This document shows, in pieces, positions 12,956 through 25,229 of a stretch of DNA of 64,000 nt (position 1 is the stretch's first letter; each line of letters opens with the position of its first letter). Source of the stretch: Fistulifera solaris (taxonomy: Eukaryota); the NCBI GenBank assembly GCA_030295235.1, contig AP026136.1:744001-808000 (forward strand), written 5' to 3'. A model generated the notes under the pieces. It was not told the DNA's origin. It saw only the letters and a list, made by a program, of their open reading frames with translations, and ran no database searches. The position numbers and the translations under genes were made by a program.

Positions 12956-14575
12956 ATGAGTCGTCTCTCGATCACTACATCGCGTAAAGCTTTCGCGGTT
13001 CTTTTCTATGCGAGCTGTTTATTGACGAAATCATGGGTTTGCCATGCCGACACGGCTGAGTCAATAACATCCATCCATCTGGAATCGCTGTATTACAGAG
13101 TATTCCCTCGTCGCACTCATGAAGAAGCTGCTGTCATTGAGTGGGGTCATTCAGCAATTATTTCCGCCTTGGATGTCTCTGTCGCACATTTTGGTCCCCA
13201 AACATCACAGGCTGCCTTATTCGAAGTCGAAACGATGCCGATATTAGCATCCCCCATCAACGGTGTCATGTTTGCAGAAAACAAGGAGGGACCTGTAATT
13301 CGAGCTCTCGATAATGCGGAAGATGTAGAGGGTAATGTGGTGGTCATGACGAATGCTGGAAATTCACTTTCGGGAGTGCAAATGGCGCAAATCGCGCAAA
13401 AATCTGGCGCGGCGGCTCTGGTTGTCGTCAACATGAATGAAAAACATCCCGATGATATCTATCGCCTTGTGGGTGATGACACTACTATTGATATTCCCGT
13501 TGTTATGATGTCTTACAATTCGGCGACTGTTTTTACAAGCGCGACGGTTACTCCTGATATGAATCCTGAAGACATTGTCAACCATGGGATGCCCGAACGG
13601 TGAGTTATTTTCACGGGCTTCACAACACATTGCAATCGGCTCTCACGTTATACTGGCTGTTTTTAGTATCCGTCTCTACGCCGGTGGAGATCGACCATTT
13701 TTGAAGACGTGGTTGCGTCAGAACCACCGGTGTATCTCATCCACAACCTTCTGACGGCTGAAGAATGTGAGGCGTTAATACAGAAAGCAGCGCCTTTGGT
13801 ACAACCTGTCGGAAACGAAGAAGATCCTCTTCAACTACTGCAATCACCAGCTGATTATGTCAACTCGCATCGTGCTTTCCTTTGGCAAGGCTTGTGGCAG
13901 ACGGCTGGTGCAAAAGCTATTGAAGAAAGAATTGAGCAGGCTACAGGTTTCCCTCCTGGACATCTGACTGACTTTGTAGTAGATCGTATTGATCCCTCCA
14001 CTTACTGGAAACTACATTACGATAAGTTGGATGCTGCTGCCGGGGGACTTCCCATGGCTACGATTACTATTTTCTTGACAGAAACGGAAGGTAACGGCGC
14101 GTCTATCGTGTATCCTAATGCCAAAGGCGGTCCTGTAAAGATTCAACCACAACAGGGACTCGCCGTCATCCATCATAATGTGAATGAACGTCACCAATTT
14201 GAAAGCAAAGCCATTCACGCCTTGATGCAATCTTCGGAAACGATTTATGTCGCGCGGAAGTATGTCTTGTCGGAGCCCATCTCGAAAGCAAGGCGCGTTG
14301 CTTTGCCGCTATTTGCAATTCTTGCCGGAGGACGTCTACCCGGTTTCTTCACATCAATATACAAGTTGTTCGCGGAGCAATTTGGTCACGAAACAGGCGG
14401 AATGTACTTTGACAAACTCTGTGTTTTCGTTCCAGTCCTCATCATTTTGCTTGTCGTTCAAGTGATCGGTGAGAAGGTAGTACAAAGTTTCCGATCCAGC
14501 TCGGAGACGAAGTCTCCAGCGTCAGAAGAGAAAAGTCGATCGACAAGAAGAAGTAAAACAGAGAAGAACGAATAA
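12956..14575 (+). CDS. Secretory-pathway protein with PA (protease-associated) domain fused to a prolyl-4-hydroxylase-like 2OG-Fe(II) domain and a C-terminal TM
   Basis: Hydrophobic N-terminus. PA motifs 'AHFGP', 'AQKSGAAALVVVN', 'IDIPVVMMS'. Intron 13600-13666. Indel in the T run at ~13697-13702. P4H-like 'PPVYLIHNLLTAEECEALI', 'IEERIEQATG', HYD, 'ATITIFL', distal His 'AIHA'. TM 'LCVFVPVLIILLVVQVIG'. Confidence 0.75.
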
Positions 14576-14825
14576 ACAAGAATTGTGGTACATACTCAGA
14601 AAAGAACCAACCATGGCTAACACTTTCAATTGGGCATATTCTGTAGTCAGATGTCACCAGAGGAATATATGCTAAATCATACTTATTTGGTCATCATCAT
14701 TTAGAGGTCAACAATCTAGAGTAGTATGAACTGGAATTGTCATAGAAATAGACAACAACTACAACTTCGAGAAAAAGGGAAAAATAACAAAGCGATAATC
14801 ATTCCTCTCCTAAAGCTGAATCGGA

Positions 14826-16811
14826 TCATTGAGACAGTTTTTCCGGTGAGTGAAAGCCAAGAGCATCGTCAAGTACCGTGATGGCCGTACTCAAGCGGTC
14901 GAATCCATCCAACAATTCATCTTCGGTAATTACCAAAGGTGGCGAACAATGCACGTGGGGGTAGCGATGAAGTCCTACCAATCCAGCTTCGTGATATGCT
15001 TGCTTGTATTTATGAAATGCATCGTGTGCAGGTTCGTGCTGCAGCTTTGGAATAGCCCCTGTCAAATCCTGTACGTCAAAGCATCCAAAAAGACCAATGG
15101 CGCGGTATTGCTTGATACACGGATGCTGATCTGCCAGACGCTGCATGTTCGCTTCAAAGATAGGTGCCAAGTGTTGCACGTGGCCCACAATGTCATTCTG
15201 AATTAGGAATTTGACAGCTTCGTAGGCAGTAGCAAGGGCGACAGGATGCGCTTGATACGTCGAGCCCCAACCCAGCGGCTTGTCTTCGAAGAAAGTCATA
15301 ATCTCTTCGGAACACGCGGTCATGGAAAGGGGGATGGCGGCACCCGAAATGCCTTTGGCAGCCGAAACAATATCGGGCATAACACCATCATAATGCTGAA
15401 AACCAAATAACTTTCCAGTGCGTCCAAAGCCCACCATTACTTCATCGACATGCATGAGAATTCCGTATTTATCACAAATAGCTCGAATCCCTTGCATATA
15501 ACCCGTTGGCATAATCAGACAACCACCTGCACCCACGATGCTTTCCATCATGATGGAAGCGACATTATCTGGTCCTTCATTCAAAATCTGCTCTTCCAGC
15601 ATGTTAAGAGCACTCTGCACTCGTTCCTCTTCGGTTGCTCCATTCCCGCCGTGGTTGAAGAAGAGAGGAAAAGGATTGAACGCTTTGACAAAGCCCGGGT
15701 TGTTGTCACTCCCATACCATCGTCGAAAGTCGCCCGTGGCGGCCCGGCGGCCGCCGTGGCTCCATGATAGGATCGGTACCAGCTGATGATTTTTTGGCGC
15801 CCCGTGAAGCGACGCGCCATCATAATCCCTGCCTCATTGGCCTCGGCACCACTGGATGGAAAGACGGCGGCTCTCAAGTTGCCGGGAAGTATTTCCGCCA
15901 TGAGTTGATTCATCCGCGTACGAACTTCCGTCATCCCGATGCCTCCGTAGGTAAAGGGTAGTTGAGTCATTTGATACGCGGCGGCTTCGACGAGACTCTT
16001 TGGAACGGAATGTCCTAAATTGGCACAAACTGCTTGGGATGTCCAGTCGAGATATTTGTTGCCCTCATCGTCGTACAAGTACACGCCTTCTCCATGCGTC
16101 ATATTGGGAATGTTGTCGCGTGCCTGGCCGGGTACCCACGTCATCATGAAAGGATTCTCGGCTCTCGACTGATGGAGCTTTTCGGATGTCCAGGTCCCCA
16201 ATGGCTGAAAGTGTGCCGGATCGACAGCGGGGACCTTGGTCTGAGCATTGTTTTTCGCCTGCCGTATCGCGCCAAAGAGCGGAAGAAGTGAGTGAAGAAG
16301 CGTATAATGATTGACGTTTTTCAGGGTGTGTATCAGCAACATCGAAGAACATATCGAATAGGTTGGTTGTAATTTTGCAGAGACACCATCCACATTGAAG
16401 AAGAAGATGTCAAGAACGTTCTTTCAGGTGAGATTTGGCGGATAACCCAACCCAGTTCGGGCGTTTTTTTGGACGGATAACCTCTTGAATCCGAAAATCA
16501 TCCGACCTCTCGGTCCGGGGAAGACCTGGCGGCAATAGCAAACGACCATTTACCAGCTTGTATTCATTCGAGAACCATTCCAATTTCTTTGAAAAATTTT
16601 ATTTTGATCAATATTAAAAGGCTTTTTCAATGCCAGGATTCTCATTATCGAGCCTTGGATCGGAATTTGCATCCGTGATTGAGCACCAAAACCTTCAACG
16701 ATGTCTTACCTCCAACGAAGGAAGCGCACGTGACCACGATCGGGCACTTTTGGGCACCTTCCGGTGAATGACTGCAGAAGCATTGGCCAGGGCGTGGTAT
16801 TTGGCGCTCAT
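14826..16811 (-). CDS. Class III PLP-dependent aminotransferase (omega-amine/taurine/GABA-type), probably mitochondrial
   Basis: 'GEGVYLYDDEGNKYLDWTSQ', 'SSGAEANE', 'SYHGAT', 'DEVMVGFGRTG', PLP lysine in 'SAAKGI'. Indel at ~15745. Proposed exon 1 at 16710-16811 (MSAKYHALANASAVIHRKVPKSARSWSRALPSLE) spliced in phase 0 to an acceptor at 16259; exon 1 is less certain than the gene body. Confidence 0.88.
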
Positions 16812-18090
16812 TGTGTCAAACAATGCTCGGAACGGTTAAAATTCTGTGTTTAAAAAAAATACTTCGTAATAAAAATGATGGCTGTGAAATTCTCATCCGA
16901 AGCAGAAGAGACTTTTGTCTTTGCAACGTGCAAATCAGAAAGGGTTGAGACTACTTTCTCATAGTACACGATCTACGTTCATATTTAGGTATGTAGAATG
17001 TCAGTATGTATTTGTCGTTCAATGCGAGGTCGGCTTTCCCTTGCCTCGCAACAATCGAGATACGACTCCTCAAATCGAATTCTCACTCTAAGCTGAACAG
17101 TACCTTGCCCCCACAACGTGGGCCATCTGCTGGATTGCGAGCTATTTGCTATTTCTTTGACAGGTTCGCCATTTTCCGTCTGTTCGCGCGAGACAGCGTT
17201 TCCACCGTACAAGTACCTGGTACGTTCTACGTGATGCATCATCGTGGAGCGTCTTCTTTTTCTCGGAATGCCATGTACTGTTTATCGTATAGATAGATAG
17301 CTTATTGGTTCTGGGTTCTAAATCAATCTTGTTCAGTAGAACTTCGAGTCTTGTCTGGTGGTCTGGTGATGACTACGCCGTTCATGAGGGCGAGTTTCAG
17401 AAATTGAGCAATTGTCGTTCATTGGACTCTAGACGCTGCGCTGGAACGTCCATCCGTTTTGTTCGTTTTTGTAATCTATATGTGTCAACATTACAATGAA
17501 GCTACTAGAGGCATTGCAACGCGCCACAATGATGATGATTCATTCGCTCCGTCGAAAATCTCCTGTATACACATTCTTGCGATCCAATGTTCTTGCATCT
17601 TCGTTCGTTTTGCTGACTTTTGGTTAGCTGAATGTGTGGTGATATCAGGAGGCATATGTTTCTATGTGCAATGCACCAAGATTCTTTCCGTAGACGGAAA
17701 TTTGGACGATAAAGTGCGGTTCATGGAGCTTTTACAAAATGTGAAGTGGAGTGTTGAACAATTTGCTTTGATTGATAGACTTTCAACACACCTTCCTGAA
17801 TTCAAAATTTATATAATTTGGGAATTAAATTTACGTTATGTACGTCATGCGTGTGAAAATGCTCACTTTTTCCTTTTTCGCCTCGCGGCCGACATTTCCC
17901 CTATTTTTACCACGACTGGATTACAGTCACGAGACGTCGACGAGGACAGACCACCTCATCATCATCGAAATAAAATGAACTTCGCCTCGACGATCGACGA
18001 CTCTCGACAAATGAGCAAGTTTTTGTTCATCATACGAGTGCCATCCCTTCCAAGCATCAACGCTTTGGTAGAAGACGATAGAGTATTCAA

Positions 18091-19137
18091 ATGCTATCCT
18101 CTATTTCCCGAACTCGACTGCTGAGCGTGCGGGCTGCTGGTATCCAGCGTCCAGCGCCAAAACTCGCCCGATGGAGTAGTAGTAATGCGGGCGGGGCACC
18201 CAACATGAAGGGCCCCGTCAGCTGGCGTTCTTTATTTCTGGCGGGTGTTGCCGCGGCAACGGCAGTCGCTTATTATCAAGTCGAACGAGAGAGACGTTTA
18301 GAGCAAGCCATGGGAAAAATTGTATCGAGTGAGTCGGAAGGGTGGACACCGCGTCCGGATTATTTGGCCAAACGGAAATTCGTTCCCACCAAATGGGGCT
18401 GGTTCCCCGAGAAGGATGGATTTGGAGCGCGTGAGTGTCGGTTTCGCTACGAATACATCCTTGGAACAAAAATTATTCGGCTGTGATATCAGTTGGATCT
18501 TTATTCTTGACTGACATTTGCTTTTGTCTTTGCATCTACAGCGGGTAAGCCTGCCATCGGTGGGCCCTGGTCTTTAGTCGATCTCAAGGGAAACTTGGTG
18601 ACAAACAAATCATTTGAAGGAAAGTGGCTCTTACTATATTTTGGATTTGCAAGATGTCCCGATATTTGTCCTTCCGAAATGGTGAAAGTAGGCAAGGTGA
18701 TGGATACTCTCAAAGAAAAACATCCAGAACTGTACAAAAGGTCGTCCCCGTCTTCGTTTCGGTGGATCCAGCTCGTGACTCATTAACAGCATTAAGAGCT
18801 TATGCGCAAGATTTTCACCCAGATTATGTCTTTTTAACTGGTTCCCCAACGCAGGTGCAGCAAATGGCGAAGCTATTTCGTGTTTATGTGAGTAAGGCAG
18901 ATGAAACAGAAGATGGCGACTATTTAGTGGATCATTCCATTGTTATCTATTTTCATAATGATAAGGGGGATCTGGAGGATTGCTTCACTCAGTCAATGCG
19001 TCATACCGATGTCACGGAAAAGATCGTAAGTTGGAACTTGCCCTTTGTGTTTGTCGCGACACCTTTGTCTCTCATTTGCTTTTGCTTTTGCTCAGGTCGA
19101 ACTCATGACGGCGAAGAAAATGCCCGTTATATCATAA
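18091..19137 (+). CDS. SCO1: SCO1/SenC copper chaperone for cytochrome c oxidase assembly
   Basis: Mitochondrial-type presequence and TM. 'IGGPWSL', CPDICP copper motif, 'FVSVDPARD', 'YLVDHS'. Introns 18431-18541 and 19026-19095. Indel in the A run at ~18736-18739. Confidence 0.93.
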
Positions 19138-19197
19138 TCCTTTGCTGGAGCCATCAGACAGTGCATGTTACCCTGTGGTTGCTCGCTGCAATTGGTT

Positions 19198-20470
19198 TCA
19201 TACGTCGTTGCTATCGACGTCCCTTTCTTCTCGTAGTATTTCTTCGTAGGAATCCGAACTATTTTGCCGTTTCGATCTTCGTAGTTCTACTTTCGATTTC
19301 TCTAGTCTATTGATGCGTGGCCCTGCTGATTCTGTCGAAGATTCGTACGGATCTGCAATCTCCTCTCCGGACTCGCTTGCTTCTACCTGTTCATACCGAC
19401 CCGCGCCCTCTTGTTTCTTTTCCAGATGGAAAACCAGTTTGTACATTAAAACTCCTCCAAATATGATGAGGCACGCCACTATTCTTCTGGGAGTTATTCT
19501 GTCACCAAAAATTAGAACTCCTAAGAAGATTGTGAAAATCTCCTTCAAAACCCCTCCGATCATAAGAATGATGGCGCTGGCATGCATGATTAAATAGAAT
19601 TCACAGAGTATCATAACAATCGCCAAAAATGCTCCAAGTCCTCCCAGCGCCAAAGACGACATGATGAATTCTCCAGAACGGTTTGCCAACTGAGTCCACG
19701 GTCGTTCAATGATGATGGAGAGCATCAACAAACTCCAAAACATACTCGGTGCCAGCAAACGCATCGTTGCTATTGTTGTCTTGATCGGAGGTTCCATGGT
19801 TTGTAGCTTGAGCTGTACGAGTGTCCACCGTGCCCCACTTAGCATACTCGCGGTGATACAGAGTAAAAAACCGGCCCACTGAAATTCCTTGTGACTTTCG
19901 TCACTCTCGTCATTTTCGCTAATGGTCAGTAATTCTCCTGCAACTATCACAATCACCACACCAATCAAAGGCCAAGTAATTTTCTCGATACCTAACGCAT
20001 AGGCCCACCCCAGCACAAAGACGGGCGTCGATGCCTTGGCCATGGTATAAATCGTCAACGAAATAGAAACCATCGCCAAATTCGAAAAACCAACGTCACC
20101 GGAAGTCACCATTCCGCAGGGAATACTGATCAAAGCCCATTCTTTCCAAGTCATTGTCGTGACCCGTTCCCCGCCCAACGATTTGAAGCAACGACAAGCC
20201 ACGACACTAAATATCCATTGCATCAAGAAGTGGACTGTGGTCATCAGCAAAGGGCAAGGAAACGCACGTTCGTCCTTTCCGAACACTTTTTGTTGTAAAT
20301 GGAAAGTAACGACGAAAATAAAAACCAGCCGGCCATCTTGCATTAATAGAAAGTGAGACTAAATGAAGGCTGGAAGCGATGTTACGGCGATCACTGCAGT
20401 CGAAACGTACCGCCGGTAAATATGTGCAGTGTTGCTCGTAAACGGAATGAAGGGGTATAGAAGGCGGCAT
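19198..20470 (-). CDS. Nucleotide-sugar/triose-phosphate transporter family protein, SLC35C2-like
   Basis: 'SIYNK.VFG...FPCPLLMTTVHF', 'DVGFSN', 'YTMAKASTPVFVL', 'SGARWTLVQ', 'GVLKEIFTI'; about 9-10 TMs. Proposed intron 20337-20410. Indel at ~20287-20291. Confidence 0.85.
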
Positions 20471-21015
20471 GTCAGATTTATTATTGAGGTTCTAGAGAAA
20501 AGGAAGCGAATGAAAACTTGAATAGTTGCCATGGATAGGCGAAGATAGATGACAACAAAGACTGCGTAACAATTGGGCTCAATGAAGAAACACGCTTTGA
20601 CAAAAAGAAGTCATCTTGTTACTCTAGTATTTTTGATTGTTGCGGAAAAGACCTAAAACGGATGGGAAAGACTCTCTTGTATAAGTTGTACCCAACTGGT
20701 ACTTGAACTCCTATCAATAAGTGACCGACTGGTACTAAATGCCTTAATTAAAATGTGTCACAAGTAAAAGTTCAACGGAAAGTTGACTAGGAGCTCAACA
20801 TGGCATTAAGACACAGTGTGACAAAATAACTACGGATAAGTCTTCCTCACCGCTTTGCAGACTTGGGTGTTGTTTCTAAGCCGCTTTCGTCTCTCTATTT
20901 ATTCAGCGTTCGCACTGAGTTTGCATATCGTCTCCTTAGGTTGGTTTCGGAAATTTTTTGACCGTATTGCCGTAGCTACTTTCCTCGTTCAATAACGAAA
21001 AACAAAGCTGAAAAT

Positions 21016-24000
21016 CTACTCTATCAACAACCATGTGTTCCGTACTTCAACACACGTTTGTCGTAAAAGCCCGGAAGGATGGTTCATTGCAGCTCCAAGA
21101 ATGGATACCACGGGACCTTTGACTTCTTTCACTATACGATGAATTCCAGCTAAACTCGCCACGGTTTGTATCGTTTGAAGAGCAAGTAACTTGCACGATA
21201 GAGATCCGAATTCATCTGCTTTGACAAATGCTCGCATCGCACCAACCACAATTCGGTATTCCAGCCCGTTGACACTGCTTGATGCAAACGATAGCAGTTT
21301 CACAATAGCGGCCAGCGTAACTTTCATCACGGTCGGTGCATGAGGACCCGATTGATCGAGCATGTCCAAGGACAGTCCCCGAACGAGAACACGAGCAAAA
21401 ACCTGCATTTGTGGGGAAAGAATTGTTCGAAGGTCGGCAAGACATAATAAGTTTCCAACCGCTGCAAGCTCTCCAACGGAAAAATCGGATGCTTCTTGGA
21501 AGTTAGTGTAAAGGTGTTTCGAAGCTAAATGAATCAGCCGTTGCTTCCAAAGTTGCGCGGGCTTATCTGTATTGAAAATAGATCCAAGTGATGAAGCAGC
21601 TGTTACGCGGATAGTGAGCGCCATATCCGCGTATTGGATTGTCCTTAGATCAAGTTCGTCGGTGCTTGCTGAAGGAGCGCAAAGAATACCATCGCATGCA
21701 ACACTCAAAACCAACTGGAGCACTCTGTCCGCTGTCTTCGATGACAAGCCACCTTTGAGTGCAGCAGCTGATCCAAGGACTCCAAGAAGAGATATACAAT
21801 CGCATACCTCCGCTGTTGAAAACCTAATGCCCTCTAGCCTCAACTCCGACCCCTCTTGAAATGCGCCGATGAAAGTTTCGATTTTCTTCCCGACTGTTTC
21901 AAGAATAAGGGATTGTATTGGGCAATTTGTTGAATCAGGAGAAAATTTCCAGGCCACGCAATGAAGGCATTGGGCTGCATAGGATCGAGCGTTCGCTGGA
22001 TACTGTTTTGACAATGCAAATTCTGCTAGGGCAAATCGCATTCCCCATAGTTTACTTTCCGCGCTGGAGCCTAAAAGTAATCCATCGTGACAAAGAGCGG
22101 AGGATAGAAATACTGTCCCGATTACGTTCTTCAAAATTTCTTTTGATTCACAAGCTTGTATAGAAGAGTGAAAAATAGTTTGTATCAAGGCTTCCACATG
22201 TTCGGCGACGGCTACACGCTTGTATGCAGCAGCTAAGAATGACGCGATCGGAAGAACCTTGTTTAATCCTGTCTCCAAGTCCGCCATGCACGCCAAGTCT
22301 TTGCTGTAGCAAACGGCGAGCTTATCCAGTAGCTCGACTGCGGTACAACCCGGTGTGTCGAGTTTCTGAAATGCACGAGCACTGAACGAGCCGTTCTCGA
22401 TAAAGATCAAAGAAAGAAGTCGTGCACATTGCTCCACTTCACCAAGCTTATGTTCGCCCAGAGCACCCATCATTTTACCTGCCACGCGATGGACAACAGA
22501 CGAAGCCGAGGACAAGCTTGACGTAGTGGCTAGACCGAGTGCAGATTGATCGTTTCTTTCATCGATCCTTGGCAAACAAGAAGAAGATACGAGTCGCGAC
22601 AATGCTTCGCTTTTGAAAAATAATGGTGTCGACATGCTTTGTAAGGCTTCTGTGTCACTCAAAGCTTTACCGAGCATCCGCCCGGTTACCTCTGCGCAGG
22701 CCTGAGTCCAGCTCAATGGACCAGCCATCTCTCCATCATCACATACAACTTGAAGGAGAGATTGAAGAAAACTATCAATGTGTTCCGAGTGATCTTCAAG
22801 AGAACCTGGCGGCGAATTGATGAGAATTGATTCGATTGTGCGTATAGCAGCAATGCGTACTCCAGTCCATGATTCAGCCGGCGGAAGCGCGTTCAACAGC
22901 GAAAGGACTTTATCTAAAGCAGTGGCGCTATACGGAGCTAGGGGATGCGGAACAATAGCTACTCCCTGTTCCTTTGCCTTTTCCAATGCTACCACGGTCG
23001 AAGAAAAGAACGCTCCAACTCCGTACAAAGAACTAGCGACGTCAGCTTCTTCACTTGGGGCAGAATCCAATTGTTGTAATAGTAATTCCAAGAAATCTTC
23101 CAGCGTTTGGCGAAGGGTTTGAGGTCCTCCGCAAGAACACAGACATGCTGCGTATGCAATGGCAACTCTTTTTGCGAAGGAGATTGCATTTTCGAGCACA
23201 TTGTTTTTAGTGTGTCTCCCACAAAAGCGGACCAGTGATCACGAGAAACTCGTTCCGCATGAGCAGCGATCCTCGAGATCAAGTCGCGGCACTGGTCCGC
23301 CAGGACGTGGTTCGTATCTTGCGATTCTTTACCACCAGCGGCGCTTGACGTCTGATCATGAACGATTACGAGAGCATCGGAAAGATCCCGCAACTGTGCT
23401 GGTGCTAAAAGACCGATCCGGCTCCTATCGCTTCCGCTATCGAAGAGCATAGACTCGAGGTCTTCTAATCCCTCACGGAGCTCTTTCGTCGTGGGCGGTC
23501 CATCTCCTGGAGGTGGTACGAGTACTTCGAGGACAAGACCTAGACTTAGTCGAATCATGCTATCCTCTCCGGCTTGGACAAGTGCGTCGTCGTAGTCGAA
23601 ATTTCGTAAAATAGACGATAAAGCGCCTCGTAGGCCCTCCCGGGTAATTCCATGGGTATCGTTTGGCGGTGGTGTGAATTGAATCGGGTAGTATGGTGCC
23701 ACCACCTCAAAAATTTCGCCGATCGGCATTGTGCTGACAAGTGGACGGAATGCCACAAGCATTGTGTTCAAAACTTGTAGTAACTGCATGAGACAACGTG
23801 GGTCCGATTCGCCTTGCAAGCAGCGGGCAGCGAAAGTGGCAAAGCGCTGTAGTTCTTGTTGTGTTGCTAAAGTAAGTTGAGACGTCGATGACTTATGGTA
23901 TTGTTCGGCAATTGAGTCAATAGCAGCACGTAAGAGCTGAAAACAGAGTGAGCGGCGAGTTCTGGGAAGTACAGATAGACCCGAAAGATTGTTTGATTTG

Positions 24001-24673
24001 TATTGATCCCATTCGTTGTCCTCGGGCACCGCACATCGTCGTTGAATCGAAATCAATGTATATTGTAAACGAATTTGCACGAATTCATCAAACAAGTCAA
24101 CATTCGGATCCATTGGTAAACGAACAAGAGCATGCAATCCTTCCATGGCCTCGTCACGTATTTGTTCATCGCGATCCTCCTCTGGATCCGGTTCCACCGG
24201 ACCGCAGTGCTCTTGATAAAAGTTTCCCAGTAGTCGTGTGGTCGTCAACGATAGTGGCATACGCTGACAGGCTTCTAGCGCTCCACGTAAGCACGCCAGT
24301 GCCACCAGGCGCGCACTCAAACTTCCCGAAAAGGCCGGACCTAATTGTTGGATTAAAAGTGCTAGCAACTCTTCGTGAGACGACTTTGTCGACAAACTGA
24401 AGCCCTCATCCGTCACGACGCGGGTTCCTTTCAAAATGGAGCGAAAGAAGTTCCTGGATTCTTCGCGTTGGGCGTTCGCATTCGTAGAAGATGCCAAACA
24501 CGCATCCTTTGAATTGTATGAGATGGGATTGTCAGAAAGATGAAGAGATTATGTGATGATTCGTCGGAGCTTGCGATTCGGACAGAATTACGCACCTTCC
24601 AAATGCGAAAGAGCTCTTCGGTTGTCCCCGATAGCGCCGTCGATATTTGTGTAGCTTCACTCACAACCGACAT
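21016..24673 (-). CDS. MMS19: MMS19-like HEAT-repeat protein (cytosolic Fe-S assembly/NER)
   Basis: MMS19 N-domain motifs 'GESDPRCL' and 'IFEVVAPYYPIQFTPPPND..GIT'; C-terminal 'LRQTCVEVRNTW'. Intron 24507-24595. Indel at ~23170. Confidence 0.82.
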
Positions 24674-25229
24674 GATACTATAACTTGATAAATGATGGCC
24701 TGAAATACGATTGAGAATGGATTTATTCTATCTTAATCTATCTGTTACTTCATTATTTTTGGTGGCAAAAAGATGCGCCGCCACGAAATAGATTGTGCAC
24801 AGTGCGCCGCCCGTTTTCCTCCAATTTGTGGGAATGACTTGTTGTGACTCAACTCGATGGCAGTCCCGGGACTTGTCAACCCGATGATTCACTTATCAAA
24901 TAAAACTCCCTCGGTACAGTATGCTATTGTTGAACATTTGGTCGTGCTTCTACTTCACGATATTATATCCAAGGTTTTTCAAAAAGTCCATCAGTCATTC
25001 TTGTCCAGCGACGATCGACGATAGGCTTGCAACTCTCTTTCGAAAATTCCATTTCAGAATGTACTATCATCTCAAGTGTAAGCGACCTTTCGCCACGACT
25101 GTATTTCAGTCATGAGTCTTCATCAGCCACTCTGCTTTCTCTAGGAGTAACATTTTAACACCCACGTTCACAACAACAAGCGAAGATGATACCACTTGCT
25201 TTTTCTATTACCCATGATCATGAGGAACA

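Noticed and set aside
16259..16709. TPP riboswitch in the long intron
   Set aside because: The conserved CUGAGA and CCUGAU...AAU...CGUAGG elements were not found in the expected arrangement.
17528..17616. C/D-box-like pair (ATGATGA...CTGA) with TCGTTCGTT complementary to an 18S segment
   Set aside because: Only 9-10 nt of complementarity, offset from the D box, and no terminal stem; compatible with chance.
17459..18124. 221-aa ORF upstream of SCO1
   Set aside because: Non-ATG start, no recognisable motif, runs through the SCO1 promoter; probably spurious.
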